From Candidatus Uhrbacteria bacterium (GTDB lineage: Bacteria > Patescibacteriota > Patescibacteriia > UBA9934), in NCBI GenBank assembly GCA_963822405.1, contig CAWGHH010000002.1, forward strand, positions 198,002-262,001: a stretch of DNA of 64,000 nt, in the 5' to 3' direction. Each line of letters begins with the position of its first letter. Position 1 is the first letter of the stretch. Position numbers and translations under genes: made by a program. Below, one piece after another: positions 47,186 through 56,909 of the stretch. The notes under the pieces were generated by a model. The model did no database searches. It was not told where the DNA came from and was given only the letters and a program-made list of their open reading frames with translations.

Positions 47186-48028
47186 ATGATCAATCGAGAA
47201 ACCGGCATTCAGATTTTAGTTAGTCTAACGTTTGTAACAGTCGTTGCTACTCTTGGCTCGTATATTACTTCACTTGGTCTTCAGGATTGGTACGGTACCC
47301 TCGTGTTGCCGGCTTTTGCGCCACCTGGGCAGGTAATTGGTTTGGTTTGGACTACGCTGTTTGTTATGCTGGCAACGGCTATCACCATTTCTTGGAACGC
47401 ATCAAAGAAGCAGTTCTTGAGTAAACTCGCCCCTTTGTATTTTGTAAACGGACTTTTGAATGTACTTTGGAGTTTAGTATTTTTCGGGATGCACAATCTT
47501 TCCGGAGCGGCGGTCACGTCTGGGTTGTTGGGTTGTTCCGTGTTAGTTTTAATTTTTGCGAACATTAAATTCTCAAAAATTGCTGCGGGACTACTTGTGC
47601 CATATTTTCTGTGGGTATCGTTTGCGACGGCACTAAATGTGCAGATAGTTGTCCTTAACGCTCCGTCGACAACGACAGGTGACGTTGTTATTTTGCCGGG
47701 ACAAAAAGATCAACTACCAGTCGAGGGCGTCTCAAATCAAGTAACTGGATATGGCTTTACGCTGACAACTGGCATGACCAAGAAAATCGACAGTCATTTA
47801 ACGCTCAAGCTTGATGGGGTGAATGATTCTCGTTGTCCGGCGGTTGATGGCGTGAAATGTATTTGGGCGGGGGAGCTCTCGCCTGAACTAACGGCCACGC
47901 TCGACGGAAAAGTTTCGCAGATTAGACTGGGTACAACTAGAGCAAAAGAAATTGATATTGGGACATATCATGTGACCTTGATCGACGCCGGGCTTGAGAG
48001 CGCAAAGATTAAAGTTACACTCCCGTAA
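47186..48028 (+). CDS. TspO/MBR family protein with an additional roughly 120-aa C-terminal domain
   Basis: The pattern PP..VIGLVWTTLFVMLA...LYFVNGLLNVLWSLVFFG...LLVPYFLWVSFATALN is the TspO signature across five transmembrane segments. The C-terminal extension is hydrophilic. Confidence 0.65.
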   Translation: MINRETGIQILVSLTFVTVVATLGSYITSLGLQDWYGTLVLPAFAPPGQVIGLVWTTLFVMLATAITISWNASKKQFLSKLAPLYFVNGLLNVLWSLVFFGMHNLSGAAVTSGLLGCSVLVLIFANIKFSKIAAGLLVPYFLWVSFATALNVQIVVLNAPSTTTGDVVILPGQKDQLPVEGVSNQVTGYGFTLTTGMTKKIDSHLTLKLDGVNDSRCPAVDGVKCIWAGELSPELTATLDGKVSQIRLGTTRAKEIDIGTYHVTLIDAGLESAKIKVTLP

Positions 48029-48034
48029 AACAGA

Positions 48035-48060
48035 AGAGCTCCCGAGTGGGAGCTCTTTTT
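48035..48060 (+). terminator. Rho-independent terminator
   Basis: The perfect hairpin agagctcccgagtgggagctct is followed by tttt. Confidence 0.7.
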
Positions 48061-48383
48061 GAATGTACATTCTGATGAACCAGCTGCTATTTCTGTGGCG
48101 GAATCATTGCTGGTGGTGGCACTGGCTTTCCGTCGAACTGTGGCTTTGATTGTCCGTCGTTACGCATAATCCTTGAGATAAAGATTAATACTTCCAACGC
48201 ACGTAACTCACGTACTCCTGCAGGGAGTCCATTCACAATAGGCCTAGGGGGTGGTGGGGGCAAACAGATGTCCACATGAAGCTTTTTTCTGCGCTACTGT
48301 TGGCCATAAAGACTGATTGTATTTTACGACACCGAAAGTTTGTGAATAGTTTTTTGGAGGGATTTCTAGTAAACTGTTCAATT

Positions 48384-49406
48384 ATGAAAAAGGACGTACA
48401 AAAAAAGGCCATTGAAAATGTTTCCGGGATTCTGCGTGATATTTTTGAACACGATGAACGTCATCAGGCCATTGTTGTCTTTGATGAAAGCTGTCCACTC
48501 AGTCGGGTTATGGCTGACGCGTATAGGACCGTCTTGCCGACTGCCCAACATATTCTTTTTGACGAGGGTAAGGCAACGGAGATCGTGGCGGCATTAAGCT
48601 CGCTTGCGCCGGGCGACTTGGTAGTTCTTATTCAGTCCGGAAGTTTTCGCTTAAACGAATTTCGTATCAGGATCGAACTATTCAAAAAGGGCTTGAAAGT
48701 TATTGAGCATCCTCATTTGGATCGCATGCAGTCCGCTGAGCATATTGAGACATATATCGACTCGCTCGCCTATGACAAAGCTTACTACCGTGGTACCGGT
48801 TCGGCTTTGAAAATGCTGATTGATAAGGCGAAGTCAATTATTGTCGAGTCACCCGGATGCGCGCTCACGTACGTGGGTCCGTTCGAAGACGCAAAGTTGA
48901 ACGTTGGCGACTATACAAATATTAAGAATTGGGGCGGAATGTTTCCTATTGGTGAGGTGTTCACTGAGCCAAAGGACCTTGAGAAAGTAAGTGGGTCAGT
49001 AAAATTAACTGCTTTTGGCGATAGAAACTTTTTCACTAATGTTCCAGCGGTGCCAATCGAAATAATCGTTGAGCACGGGGTAGTTGTCGACACTAAAAAT
49101 TCAACCCCTGAGTTTGACGCTGTCCTCATGGAAATTAGGGAAGAAGAAACGGCCGTGTTACGCGAGCTTGGTTTGGGACTGAACCGAGCGTTCACGAACG
49201 TGCGAACCGTGCCTGACATTGGAACCTATGAACGCAAATGCGGAATTCATTTTTCTCTTGGAGGTAAGCACGGCACTTATGCTAAAGAGGGATTCTCGCG
49301 GAAGCACTCAAAGTTCCATGTAGACGTCTTTGCCGATGTCACTAGGGTATTGATCGATGGAATGGTGGTGTTCGATAATGGTGCGTGGCAAATAAATAAT
49401 CCCTGA
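48384..49406 (+). CDS. Hypothetical protein (340 aa), possibly an aminopeptidase-like enzyme
   Basis: The start was set at the ATG at 48384 within track ORF 48276..49406; the upstream 36 codons look non-coding. The family is not recognised with confidence. Confidence 0.45.
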   Translation: MKKDVQKKAIENVSGILRDIFEHDERHQAIVVFDESCPLSRVMADAYRTVLPTAQHILFDEGKATEIVAALSSLAPGDLVVLIQSGSFRLNEFRIRIELFKKGLKVIEHPHLDRMQSAEHIETYIDSLAYDKAYYRGTGSALKMLIDKAKSIIVESPGCALTYVGPFEDAKLNVGDYTNIKNWGGMFPIGEVFTEPKDLEKVSGSVKLTAFGDRNFFTNVPAVPIEIIVEHGVVVDTKNSTPEFDAVLMEIREEETAVLRELGLGLNRAFTNVRTVPDIGTYERKCGIHFSLGGKHGTYAKEGFSRKHSKFHVDVFADVTRVLIDGMVVFDNGAWQINNP

Positions 49407-49672
49407 TTACTCAGGGATTATTTATTTAGGCCTTCACCTTTGCCTTAGCTTCTAGCTTTCCAAGACGGAGTGCCTTCTGCTTACGGCGACGGAACTCAGC
49501 TTCCTTTCGCTTTACGGCGAACATAGCGTTCTGATCTTTGCGGGAGGTGTGTTGTCGTTGTGGCATATGGTGGGGTTGGGGTCGACCCATGCGTCGACCC
49601 AAATAAGATGGATGGAAGTATACCGGATACCCATTATTCGTCAAGCATTAGCTCTTTTGAAAATTAATAAGC

Positions 49673-49695
49673 CGGCAGCGTGGTTCTGCCGGCCT
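49673..49695 (-). terminator. Rho-independent terminator for the minus-strand gene 49724..50380
   Basis: The hairpin gccggcagcgtggttctgccggc has a T-rich tract on the minus strand. Confidence 0.5.
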
Positions 49696-49723
49696 GTAAG
49701 GTCGAATGAAATCAGAGGTTGGA

Positions 49724-50380
49724 CTATCCCGGGGAGGGGACTCCGTTCTGTATGGCGAGGGTACGGTTCGTGAGACCGAGTTCGACGGCTCGGCTGAGCG
49801 TGATCCACTCGCCGTTGCATTTGGGCAACTCGTTGTAGTGGCCGTAATGGATCAACCATTGTTCGTCAACGATCGTTGACCAGGGCACCGGGAACTGGAC
49901 GGTCAGTGAACGGAACGGTACTCGTAGAAGCGGCGGCGGGTCATCGGGCTTCGCCAGCGGAGGAATGAAGTAGCAACTTTTGAACGGGCCGTCCGTAGCG
50001 GCGAAGACGAAGACTTCCGGTGGACCGGCTACCTCGCGGTTTTGGTTCTCGGCGAGTGTGGCGTTCTGGAAGCCCAGCATTAACGCTCTCGCGACCTGGA
50101 TCCACTGACCGGTGCACCGAGCGGGGTGTCGCGGGTTTCCATCGTAGTGCGTGACCCACTCTTTCCGCAGGAACGGAAATGCTTCGAAGACATTCACGAT
50201 GACGTTATCGAGCCGTAATGCGCGAACCCGCTCCGTTGCGGTGTCGTAGTCGGGCGGATGTGTGGCGCGGTAGCTGGCCATTGTGTGGGGGTCGAAATAC
50301 CTGTCTTTGAGCGGGCCGTCACTGGTCAGAAAGACCATCGAATCAGGCCAATTATACTGTGTAGGTTTTTCGTCGGGCAC
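49724..50380 (-). CDS. Tandem-repeat protein of unknown function in a GC-rich island
   Basis: A GTG start is preceded by AAGGAGG. Two roughly 95-aa repeats share F..DGP.K..YF.P...W..HY...P.C.G.WI...RA..LG. The segment is visibly GC-rich. Confidence 0.55.
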   Translation of the reverse strand: MPDEKPTQYNWPDSMVFLTSDGPLKDRYFDPHTMASYRATHPPDYDTATERVRALRLDNVIVNVFEAFPFLRKEWVTHYDGNPRHPARCTGQWIQVARALMLGFQNATLAENQNREVAGPPEVFVFAATDGPFKSCYFIPPLAKPDDPPPLLRVPFRSLTVQFPVPWSTIVDEQWLIHYGHYNELPKCNGEWITLSRAVELGLTNRTLAIQNGVPSPG

Positions 50381-50484
50381 GTTGCCTCCTTTTGGTGTAG
50401 TCGCCCGCAGAGGTTAGCGGAAAACGCCGAGAAAGTCAAAGCCGACAGCATGAGGCTGTCGGCTAGCGGGAAACGAACCGCGGG

Positions 50485-50721
50485 TTACGGCATCGGTTCG
50501 GTACGGGGTGGCGCAATGGGCGCCGTAGCTTTCTCATCGTCTCTTGGACTCGCCGGAGGAACCGTTGGTTCATTATCAGCGGGTGGGCTTACTTGTACTG
50601 GTCCCTTTTTCGGCGAGGAGCCGAATAGGGCGTTCCAGAACTTCTGTAGCAGCGTGGGATCTTTCATGGGGACACCTCCGGAGGGGAACCAAGCATAGCA
50701 ATTTGCAACTTTCTTGTACAT
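50485..50721 (-). CDS. Small Pro-rich hypothetical protein (78 aa)
   Basis: ORF track only. A minus-strand hairpin terminator (gccgacagcatgaggctgtcggc, 50441-50463) follows it. Confidence 0.3.
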   Translation of the reverse strand: MYKKVANCYAWFPSGGVPMKDPTLLQKFWNALFGSSPKKGPVQVSPPADNEPTVPPASPRDDEKATAPIAPPRTEPMP

Positions 50722-50760
50722 GGTTGACGAATCTTTAGAAATACGACAAAACTACTCTAT

Positions 50761-52260
50761 ATGCAGATAACCGTTCTCAAGGCTACCGCTGAATCGTGTC
50801 AGGCAAATTTGATTGTGATTCCGATGTTCGCTGGGAAAGCTTTTACGCTTAAGAGTGTTAAGGGGATTCCGGCAGATCTAGTTGATAGATTCATGGTAAG
50901 TGCCGAGCGAACAGGATTCGCTGCTAAGCCGAATGAGACCGTGCTGTTGCAATTGCCCGTAGGACGGAATGCCGACGCGATACTTGTTGTTGGTTTGGGG
51001 GAGAAGCACTCCTCGAACCTTCAGGCGGTCCGTGAGGCTATAGGAACCGCAACGGGGTTCGCTCGAAAGAACGGGATGAAGTCAGTCGGCGTTATTTTGT
51101 CTAAGGAGCTGGCGAAGGCGGATGTTAGTGAGGCGGTAGCTGTAGCCGCTATCTTGAGCGACTACTCTTTTGACATGTTTAAGAAAGAACCGAACACAAA
51201 GCATCTTGATCAACTAGAGATTGCGGTAGAAGACAGAACAAAGATTCAGGCTCTTAGAAAAGCGGTTGAGCATGCAGAAATTATTTGTGATGGTTTGACC
51301 GTAGCTCGTGACCTTGTGAACACGCCAGGAGGACACATGACGCCGACACTTTTGGCACTTGCCGCCATAGAGATAGCCAAGACATCTAAAGAGATGGTTG
51401 AGGCAAAGATCATGGAGGCGGGGGAGTGTGAGAAGCTCGGCATGGGAGCGTACTTGTCAGTAGCCAAGGGAAGCGGACAAGAACCAAAGTTTATTCATTT
51501 GATATATAAGTCTCCTCGCCCAAGCAAGAAAACGGTGGCGATTGTTGGGAAGGGCGTGACGTTTGATTCGGGTGGCTTGTCGCTCAAGCCGGCTGATGGG
51601 ATGATGACCATGAAGTGTGATATGGCGGGAGCAGCCGCCGTGCTCGGTTTCTTTGCAACGCTTTCGCGCTTGAAGCCACGCGTTCATATTCACGGAATCA
51701 TTGCGGCTACAGAGAATATGCCAAGTGGACATTCGACCAAGCCGGGAGATGTGGTGAAGTCTATGAACGGGAAGACTATAGAGGTCTTGAATACTGACGC
51801 CGAGGGACGTTTGACACTCGCAGATGCCATGACGTATGTCCAGCGTGAAGTTAAACCTGACGTGATGATCGACTTGGCTACTTTGACGGGTGCTGTTGTG
51901 GCCGCGCTTGGTGAAGAAGTTGCCGGAGCGATGGGGAATGACAAGAAGCTAATGAAAGAAGTCCTGAATGCAGCTGATGAGGCGGGGGAGCGCACCTGGG
52001 AGTTACCGCTAGTTGATAGATACGCACCGCTCATCAAGTCTGACGTGGCCGACCTGCGTAATATTTCTTTGACTCGTTACGGGGGAGCTCTGACGGCCGG
52101 AATGTTCTTAGTCGAATTCGTCGAAGACAACACACCGTGGGTGCACCTCGATATTGCCGGTCCAGCCTTTGCTGAGCGACCTTTGTCGAGCTACCTTGGA
52201 AAAGGCGGAACTGGGTTTGGAGTCGGCACGCTCGTGAAGTACATCCAGAGTTTAGAATAA
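50761..52260 (+). CDS. pepA: Leucyl aminopeptidase (M17 family)
   Basis: The NTDAEGRLTLADAMTYVQ signature and VGKGVTFDSGG are present. Confidence 0.9.
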   Translation: MQITVLKATAESCQANLIVIPMFAGKAFTLKSVKGIPADLVDRFMVSAERTGFAAKPNETVLLQLPVGRNADAILVVGLGEKHSSNLQAVREAIGTATGFARKNGMKSVGVILSKELAKADVSEAVAVAAILSDYSFDMFKKEPNTKHLDQLEIAVEDRTKIQALRKAVEHAEIICDGLTVARDLVNTPGGHMTPTLLALAAIEIAKTSKEMVEAKIMEAGECEKLGMGAYLSVAKGSGQEPKFIHLIYKSPRPSKKTVAIVGKGVTFDSGGLSLKPADGMMTMKCDMAGAAAVLGFFATLSRLKPRVHIHGIIAATENMPSGHSTKPGDVVKSMNGKTIEVLNTDAEGRLTLADAMTYVQREVKPDVMIDLATLTGAVVAALGEEVAGAMGNDKKLMKEVLNAADEAGERTWELPLVDRYAPLIKSDVADLRNISLTRYGGALTAGMFLVEFVEDNTPWVHLDIAGPAFAERPLSSYLGKGGTGFGVGTLVKYIQSLE

Positions 52261-52339
52261 ACAAAATAACCAGTATTGCCTCGAAATTTGAGTCGGATTA
52301 CCTCCTAAAAATTTCTCGACAACACTGGTTGTTTTGTTT
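52257..52339. repeat. About 85-bp palindromic intergenic repeat, copy B (inverted partner of 30582-30666)
   Basis: The sequence aacaaaataaccagtattgcctcgaaatttgagtcggattacctcctaaaaatttctcgacaacactggttgttttgttt lies between convergent pepA and the peroxiredoxin gene. Confidence 0.7.
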
Positions 52340-52350
52340 ATTCTGTGAAA

Positions 52351-52875
52351 TTAGGCCTTGCCTAAAGTTTTCTCGCCCGGTTCCCATTCTACGGGACACA
52401 GCTCGCCGGACTGTAATGCCCCGAGCACTCGCAACACTTCTTTGACTGAACGACCAACAGAACCTGCAGAGATGACTGCGTATTTAACAATGCCTTCTGG
52501 GTCAATGATGAAGAGACCTCGTTCGGCGCTACCGTCGTCCTCGTTTAGCACTCCGTAGTCGCGGGATACGCGTTGGGTAGTATCGGCCAAAACAGGGTAG
52601 GTGACTTCTGGCAGATCCTTTTCGAACCAATTCTTGTGAGACCATTCTGAATCAGTTGACGCACCAAGAACTTTCGCGTTCAGCTTAGCGAAGTCAGCTT
52701 CGTGTTTAGCAAAACCTCTAATCTCAGTTGGACAGATAAAAGTGAAGTCACGTGGATAGAAGAACAAGACTAACCATGAACCTTTGTAGTCACTGAGACT
52801 GGTTTTTGTGAATTCGCCCTTTGTATATGACGTAACGTTCTCAAAACTAGGTGCCGGTTTGTTTATGGAGATCAT
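52351..52875 (-). CDS. 2-Cys peroxiredoxin (AhpC/Tsa family)
   Basis: A peroxidatic FTFICPTEI and a resolving GELCPVEW are present. The start was set at MISINKPAPSF. Confidence 0.85.
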   Translation of the reverse strand: MISINKPAPSFENVTSYTKGEFTKTSLSDYKGSWLVLFFYPRDFTFICPTEIRGFAKHEADFAKLNAKVLGASTDSEWSHKNWFEKDLPEVTYPVLADTTQRVSRDYGVLNEDDGSAERGLFIIDPEGIVKYAVISAGSVGRSVKEVLRVLGALQSGELCPVEWEPGEKTLGKA

Positions 52876-52937
52876 AGAGTCACACATTACCACATCTTTA
52901 CTCTTTTTCCTTTACGCTTTACTCTAATGCCATTCCT

Positions 52938-54164
52938 ATGAAGAAAGAACTCAAGAAATTCCTCCCGGTAGTTGTGGGCGTGGTAGTCCTCATTATTCTT
53001 ATTGGTGCTCGTGCTTGGAGACTTTCCGTTATGCCAGCTGGTGGCCGGTGGCCTGATGTGGCTGGGGGAACGTATGCAACTCCGGTAATGAAAGATGGTT
53101 TGAATTATTTGATTCCGCCGGATGAACTTTATGACAATGGAATGGGCAAGGATGGAATCCCGGCTCTAAATTCGCCAACCTATGTTTCTGTAGCAACGGC
53201 TGATGACGCGTTGGCTGACGAGGTAGAGGGAATTGATGTTGAAGTTAACGGCAAGCATCGGTTCTATTCTTTTCAAATTCTGAATTGGCATGAAATAGTT
53301 AATGACAAATTCGGGGACAAGGAACTACTCATTTCATATTCTCCTTTGTGTGGATCAGCTGTTGTTTATGACAGACATTCGTCTAACGCCGCCGAGAACG
53401 CTCTTCAGTTCGGGGATTCCGGTAAAGTTTATAACAACTGTCCGGTGTTTTACGACACAACTACCTCGGCACTTTGGAGTCAGACCACCGGTCAAACAAT
53501 TGTTGGAAATGATAAGGCTGTAGGTGACGGTGGAACTGTAATTACTCTTTCTCGCTACCCAAGCGCCGTAATGACCTGGGACGCCTGGAAGAAAGCTAAC
53601 CCAAACGGGGAAGCGCTTTCTACGGAAACTGGGTTTGTTCGTGACTACCGCCGTCATCCTTATGGAAATTACGACAACAATACGTCTCTTTTCTTCCCAG
53701 TTAATAAGTTGGATACTCGGTTAGCAAATAAAGACGTAATCAATGACTATTTGATTGGTGGCGAGCAGCGTCATATTGGAACCTCGGCCAAATTCCTATC
53801 CTTTGTTAAGGAGCCGAACTATACTGCAGGTGATACAAGCTATACGGCGTTTGTTGATAGTAAGAACGTAGCGCACTTGTTTAACCGATTAGTTGCTGGT
53901 CAAACGTTGAGCTTCGTCAGGGAAAATAATGAGATCAAGGATAAAGAGACGGATTCTCGTTGGAGCGCTGAGGGCGTTTGTATCAAAGGAAAACTAAAGG
54001 GCAAAACGCTCTCTACCATTCTTCCTTCGGCTCGTTACTTCGCCTTTGCTTACGTCTCAAACTTTCCAACAGCAATTCTTCTTGGCTCAGAAATTTTTGA
54101 CCAAGCGAACGCTCCAAAAACCGAACCTTCAGTTGAACCAACTACCCTCAATGTCGGAGAATAA
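52938..54164 (+). CDS. DUF3179 domain protein
   Basis: An N-terminal transmembrane segment is followed by DGIPALNSP, NWHEIVNDKFGDKELLISYSPLCGS and TSALWSQTTGQTIVG. Confidence 0.65.
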   Translation: MKKELKKFLPVVVGVVVLIILIGARAWRLSVMPAGGRWPDVAGGTYATPVMKDGLNYLIPPDELYDNGMGKDGIPALNSPTYVSVATADDALADEVEGIDVEVNGKHRFYSFQILNWHEIVNDKFGDKELLISYSPLCGSAVVYDRHSSNAAENALQFGDSGKVYNNCPVFYDTTTSALWSQTTGQTIVGNDKAVGDGGTVITLSRYPSAVMTWDAWKKANPNGEALSTETGFVRDYRRHPYGNYDNNTSLFFPVNKLDTRLANKDVINDYLIGGEQRHIGTSAKFLSFVKEPNYTAGDTSYTAFVDSKNVAHLFNRLVAGQTLSFVRENNEIKDKETDSRWSAEGVCIKGKLKGKTLSTILPSARYFAFAYVSNFPTAILLGSEIFDQANAPKTEPSVEPTTLNVGE

Positions 54165-54822
54165 CGGACAACTATTTATTGTCGCTACACCGATCGGTAA
54201 TCTCGGTGATATTTCGACGCGTGCCAAGGAGATTTTGTCGAGCGTAGATCACGTGCTTTGTGAGGACACGCGCGTGACGAGTCGCTTGCTAGCGCACTTG
54301 CAAATTACGCCTAGCACCATGTCATTTCACGAACACACGGATCTGTTGAAGCGCAAACACATCGTGGAAATGCTGGTCGAGGGTAAGAAGCTCGCCCTGG
54401 TAACAGACGCTGGAACGCCGGCGATTTCTGACCCAGGTGGATTCCTTGTCGCCGACGCTGTCGCGGCCGGTATCGAGGTAACACCAATTCCCGGACCAAG
54501 TGCCATTATCGCGGCTCTTTCGATCTCAGGATTTCCTCTCGACCGCTTTACCTTCCTTGGCTTCCCGCCGCACAAGAAGGGGAGAGAGACGTTCTTCAAA
54601 GAGGTGTCCGAGGCCGACCATGTACAAGTATTTTACGAAGCAACTCACCGGATCGAAAAAGCCCTCGAGTCCCTCGCGTCCTGCCCTAAGCCCCTCGTCG
54701 TCTGCCGCGAACTCACTAAACTTCATGAGACAATATATCGTGGAACAGCGGTCGAAGTTCTGAAGGCGCTGAAAGAGACAAGTATGAAGGGCGAGTTCGT
54801 GGTTGTGGTTGGTAAGCTCTAA
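54151..54822 (+). CDS. rsmI: 16S rRNA (cytidine1402-2'-O)-methyltransferase
   Basis: LFIVATPIGNLGDISTRAKEILSSVDHVLCEDTRVTSRLL is present. The start was set at the ATG at 54151 within track ORF 54046..54822. Confidence 0.85.
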   Translation: MSENNGQLFIVATPIGNLGDISTRAKEILSSVDHVLCEDTRVTSRLLAHLQITPSTMSFHEHTDLLKRKHIVEMLVEGKKLALVTDAGTPAISDPGGFLVADAVAAGIEVTPIPGPSAIIAALSISGFPLDRFTFLGFPPHKKGRETFFKEVSEADHVQVFYEATHRIEKALESLASCPKPLVVCRELTKLHETIYRGTAVEVLKALKETSMKGEFVVVVGKL

Positions 54823-54880
54823 ACCTATCTCAAACCCCGCGTTTGTCCTAGATACCCTGGACAAACTTTGACCTCTACCT

Positions 54881-56320
54881 ATGGCAAACTACTACATCAC
54901 CACCACGCTTCCGTACGTCAACGCCGATCCGCATATTGGGTTCGCGCTTGAGATTGTTCAGGCGGATATGATTGCGCGTTATCGACGCTCACTTGGTGAT
55001 GAAGTAATTTTTAATACGGGAACGGACGAGCATGGCCAGAAGATTTATAAAAAGGCGCTAGAACTCGGCGTAGACCCAAAGGCGTACTGCGATGACTACG
55101 CGGCAAAGTTTCATGAGCTGCGCGATCAATTAAATTTGACGTACACGAACTTCATTCGCACGACAGATCCGAAGCACGTCGAGGCCGCTCAAGAGTTCTG
55201 GAAGCGTTGTAATGCGTCAGGTGACATCTATAAGAAGCAATACCAGACCAAATACTGCGTTGGCTGTGAACTCGAAAAGACAGATTCGGATCTCGTCGAC
55301 AACAAGTGTCCCGTTCATCCAAAGATGGAAATTGAAATGCGCGACGAGGAGAATTATTTCTTCCGGTGGTCAAAGTACGAGAAGGCAATCCTCGACTATT
55401 ACGAAACACACCCTGACTTCGTCGTGCCCAACGAAAAGTTCAACGAGATCAAAAACTTTGTAAAAGGAGGACTTCATGATTTCAGCATTTCTCGACTAAA
55501 GGAAAAAATGCCGTGGGGAATTGCGGTGCCAGGAGACGAGGATCACGTTATGTACGTTTGGTTCGACGCGCTCGTGAACTATATTTCAACACTTGATTGG
55601 CCGAAGTCCGGTAACTTCGAAAAATTTTGGCCAGGTGTACAGGTTGCCGGTATCGACAACCTTCGACAACAGTCTGCAATGTGGCAGGGCATGCTTCTCT
55701 CGGCGGGTCTACCAATGAGCAAGCAGATCTTTATTCATTCGTTCATCACGGTGAACGGTCAGAAGATGAGCAAATCGCTCGGCAATGTTATCAATCCAAA
55801 AGATTTGGTCGACAAGTACGGAACCGATGCGGTGCGATATTACTTGTTGCGCGAAATGCCGTACGGAACTGACGGCGACTACTCGGAGGCCAGGATGGAA
55901 GAACGTTACAACGAACTCGCAAACAACCTGGGCAACCTAGCTGGACGAGTCGCCGCCATGGCGAATAAGTATTTTGATGGCGTAGTTGGCGAGCAGGCCT
56001 TCGACCATGCAGAGCTCGATAAGTCACTCGACGCTTCACTGCGTGAGTACAACTTCAAACAGTACATTGAACATGTTTGGACGGTGATCGACTCGGCTAA
56101 CCACAAGATCGACGTTGAGGCGCCATTCAGGCTCGTCAAAACAGATCCTGAGGCGGCGAAAAAATCACTCGCTGAATTAGCGGCAATGATTCGTTGGATA
56201 GCAACGGCCCTGGCCCCGGTCATTCCGTCGACGAGCGAAGAAATTCTCAAGCGGTATAATGGAGAGAAGCTAATTCACGGCGAACCACTTTTTCCAAAGA
56301 GGGAAGAGGAAGCAAAATAA
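54881..56320 (+). CDS. metG: Methionine--tRNA ligase (short form)
   Basis: A HIGH-type P.HIGF motif, KMSKS and Zn-knuckle-region Cys residues are present. Confidence 0.9.
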   Translation: MANYYITTTLPYVNADPHIGFALEIVQADMIARYRRSLGDEVIFNTGTDEHGQKIYKKALELGVDPKAYCDDYAAKFHELRDQLNLTYTNFIRTTDPKHVEAAQEFWKRCNASGDIYKKQYQTKYCVGCELEKTDSDLVDNKCPVHPKMEIEMRDEENYFFRWSKYEKAILDYYETHPDFVVPNEKFNEIKNFVKGGLHDFSISRLKEKMPWGIAVPGDEDHVMYVWFDALVNYISTLDWPKSGNFEKFWPGVQVAGIDNLRQQSAMWQGMLLSAGLPMSKQIFIHSFITVNGQKMSKSLGNVINPKDLVDKYGTDAVRYYLLREMPYGTDGDYSEARMEERYNELANNLGNLAGRVAAMANKYFDGVVGEQAFDHAELDKSLDASLREYNFKQYIEHVWTVIDSANHKIDVEAPFRLVKTDPEAAKKSLAELAAMIRWIATALAPVIPSTSEEILKRYNGEKLIHGEPLFPKREEEAK

Positions 56321-56323
56321 ATT

Positions 56324-56803
56324 GTGCAACCAATCTTCGTCGACATCGCATTTCTTGTTCTAGCCATCATTCTTTGTCTTCAGGGCTGGCGACAGGGCTT
56401 TGTGAAGATGGGCGGAAGTTTGATTGCGCTTGCGGTATCGGTAGTCGTAGCGACTTGGGGCGTGGCTTGGATTGAGCAGGTTTCCGGTTGGCATTTTAGC
56501 GGCAACCCAATAGTTTTTGTAATCGTTTTCCTTCTGTTGACTCTTATCCTCTCTAGGTTAATGGGTTTCATTATTACGCTTCTCGATCTCGTGCGAAAGA
56601 TTTTTTCGATCATTCCGGGGATTGGAATTTTGAATAGCATTCTTGGCTTCGTAGTCGGCGCACTTGAAACCGGCATGGTTGCTCTTGCTCTGGCCTTTGC
56701 AACCGTTAACTTTTTCCCACCAAGTGAGATTAGAAATGCTTTGGTCGAGTCAAATACTGTTTCGAATGCGATAAATGCACTGGTTAAGATGAATGTACTT
56801 TAA
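56324..56803 (+). CDS. CvpA family membrane protein
   Basis: The 159-aa protein has 4 transmembrane segments and starts IFVDIAFLVLAIILCLQGWRQGF. Confidence 0.5.
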   Translation: MQPIFVDIAFLVLAIILCLQGWRQGFVKMGGSLIALAVSVVVATWGVAWIEQVSGWHFSGNPIVFVIVFLLLTLILSRLMGFIITLLDLVRKIFSIIPGIGILNSILGFVVGALETGMVALALAFATVNFFPPSEIRNALVESNTVSNAINALVKMNVL

Positions 56804-56804
56804 C

Positions 56805-56893
56805 TCCGGTTTCCGGTATCCGGTTAAGGAAGGGGAATCACTGAATTTAAATTCTTTGTTCAGGCTCATTCACCGGACACCGGAAACCGGAGT
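56805..56893. repeat. About 90-bp palindromic repeat, copy A (direct partner at 59666-59768)
   Basis: The arm ctccggtttccggtatccggt pairs with accggacaccggaaaccggag. It encloses taaggaaggggaatcactgaatttaaattctttgttcaggctcattc. Confidence 0.7.
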
Positions 56894-56909
56894 GGTCACA
56901 CTATCTTTT

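Noticed and set aside
48087-48275. Minus-strand 62-aa Pro-rich ORF in the intergenic region before 48384
   Set aside because: It has a poly-Pro low-complexity translation. It lies in a promoter region between a terminator and the next + gene, and is likely spurious.
49426-49644. Minus-strand 72-aa basic ORF (…MFAVKRKEAEFRRRKQKALRLGKLEAKAKVKA)
   Set aside because: It lies downstream of the terminator of the preceding minus gene and overlaps the 22-bp palindrome. It has no SD or recognisable family. Kept as doubtful rather than called.
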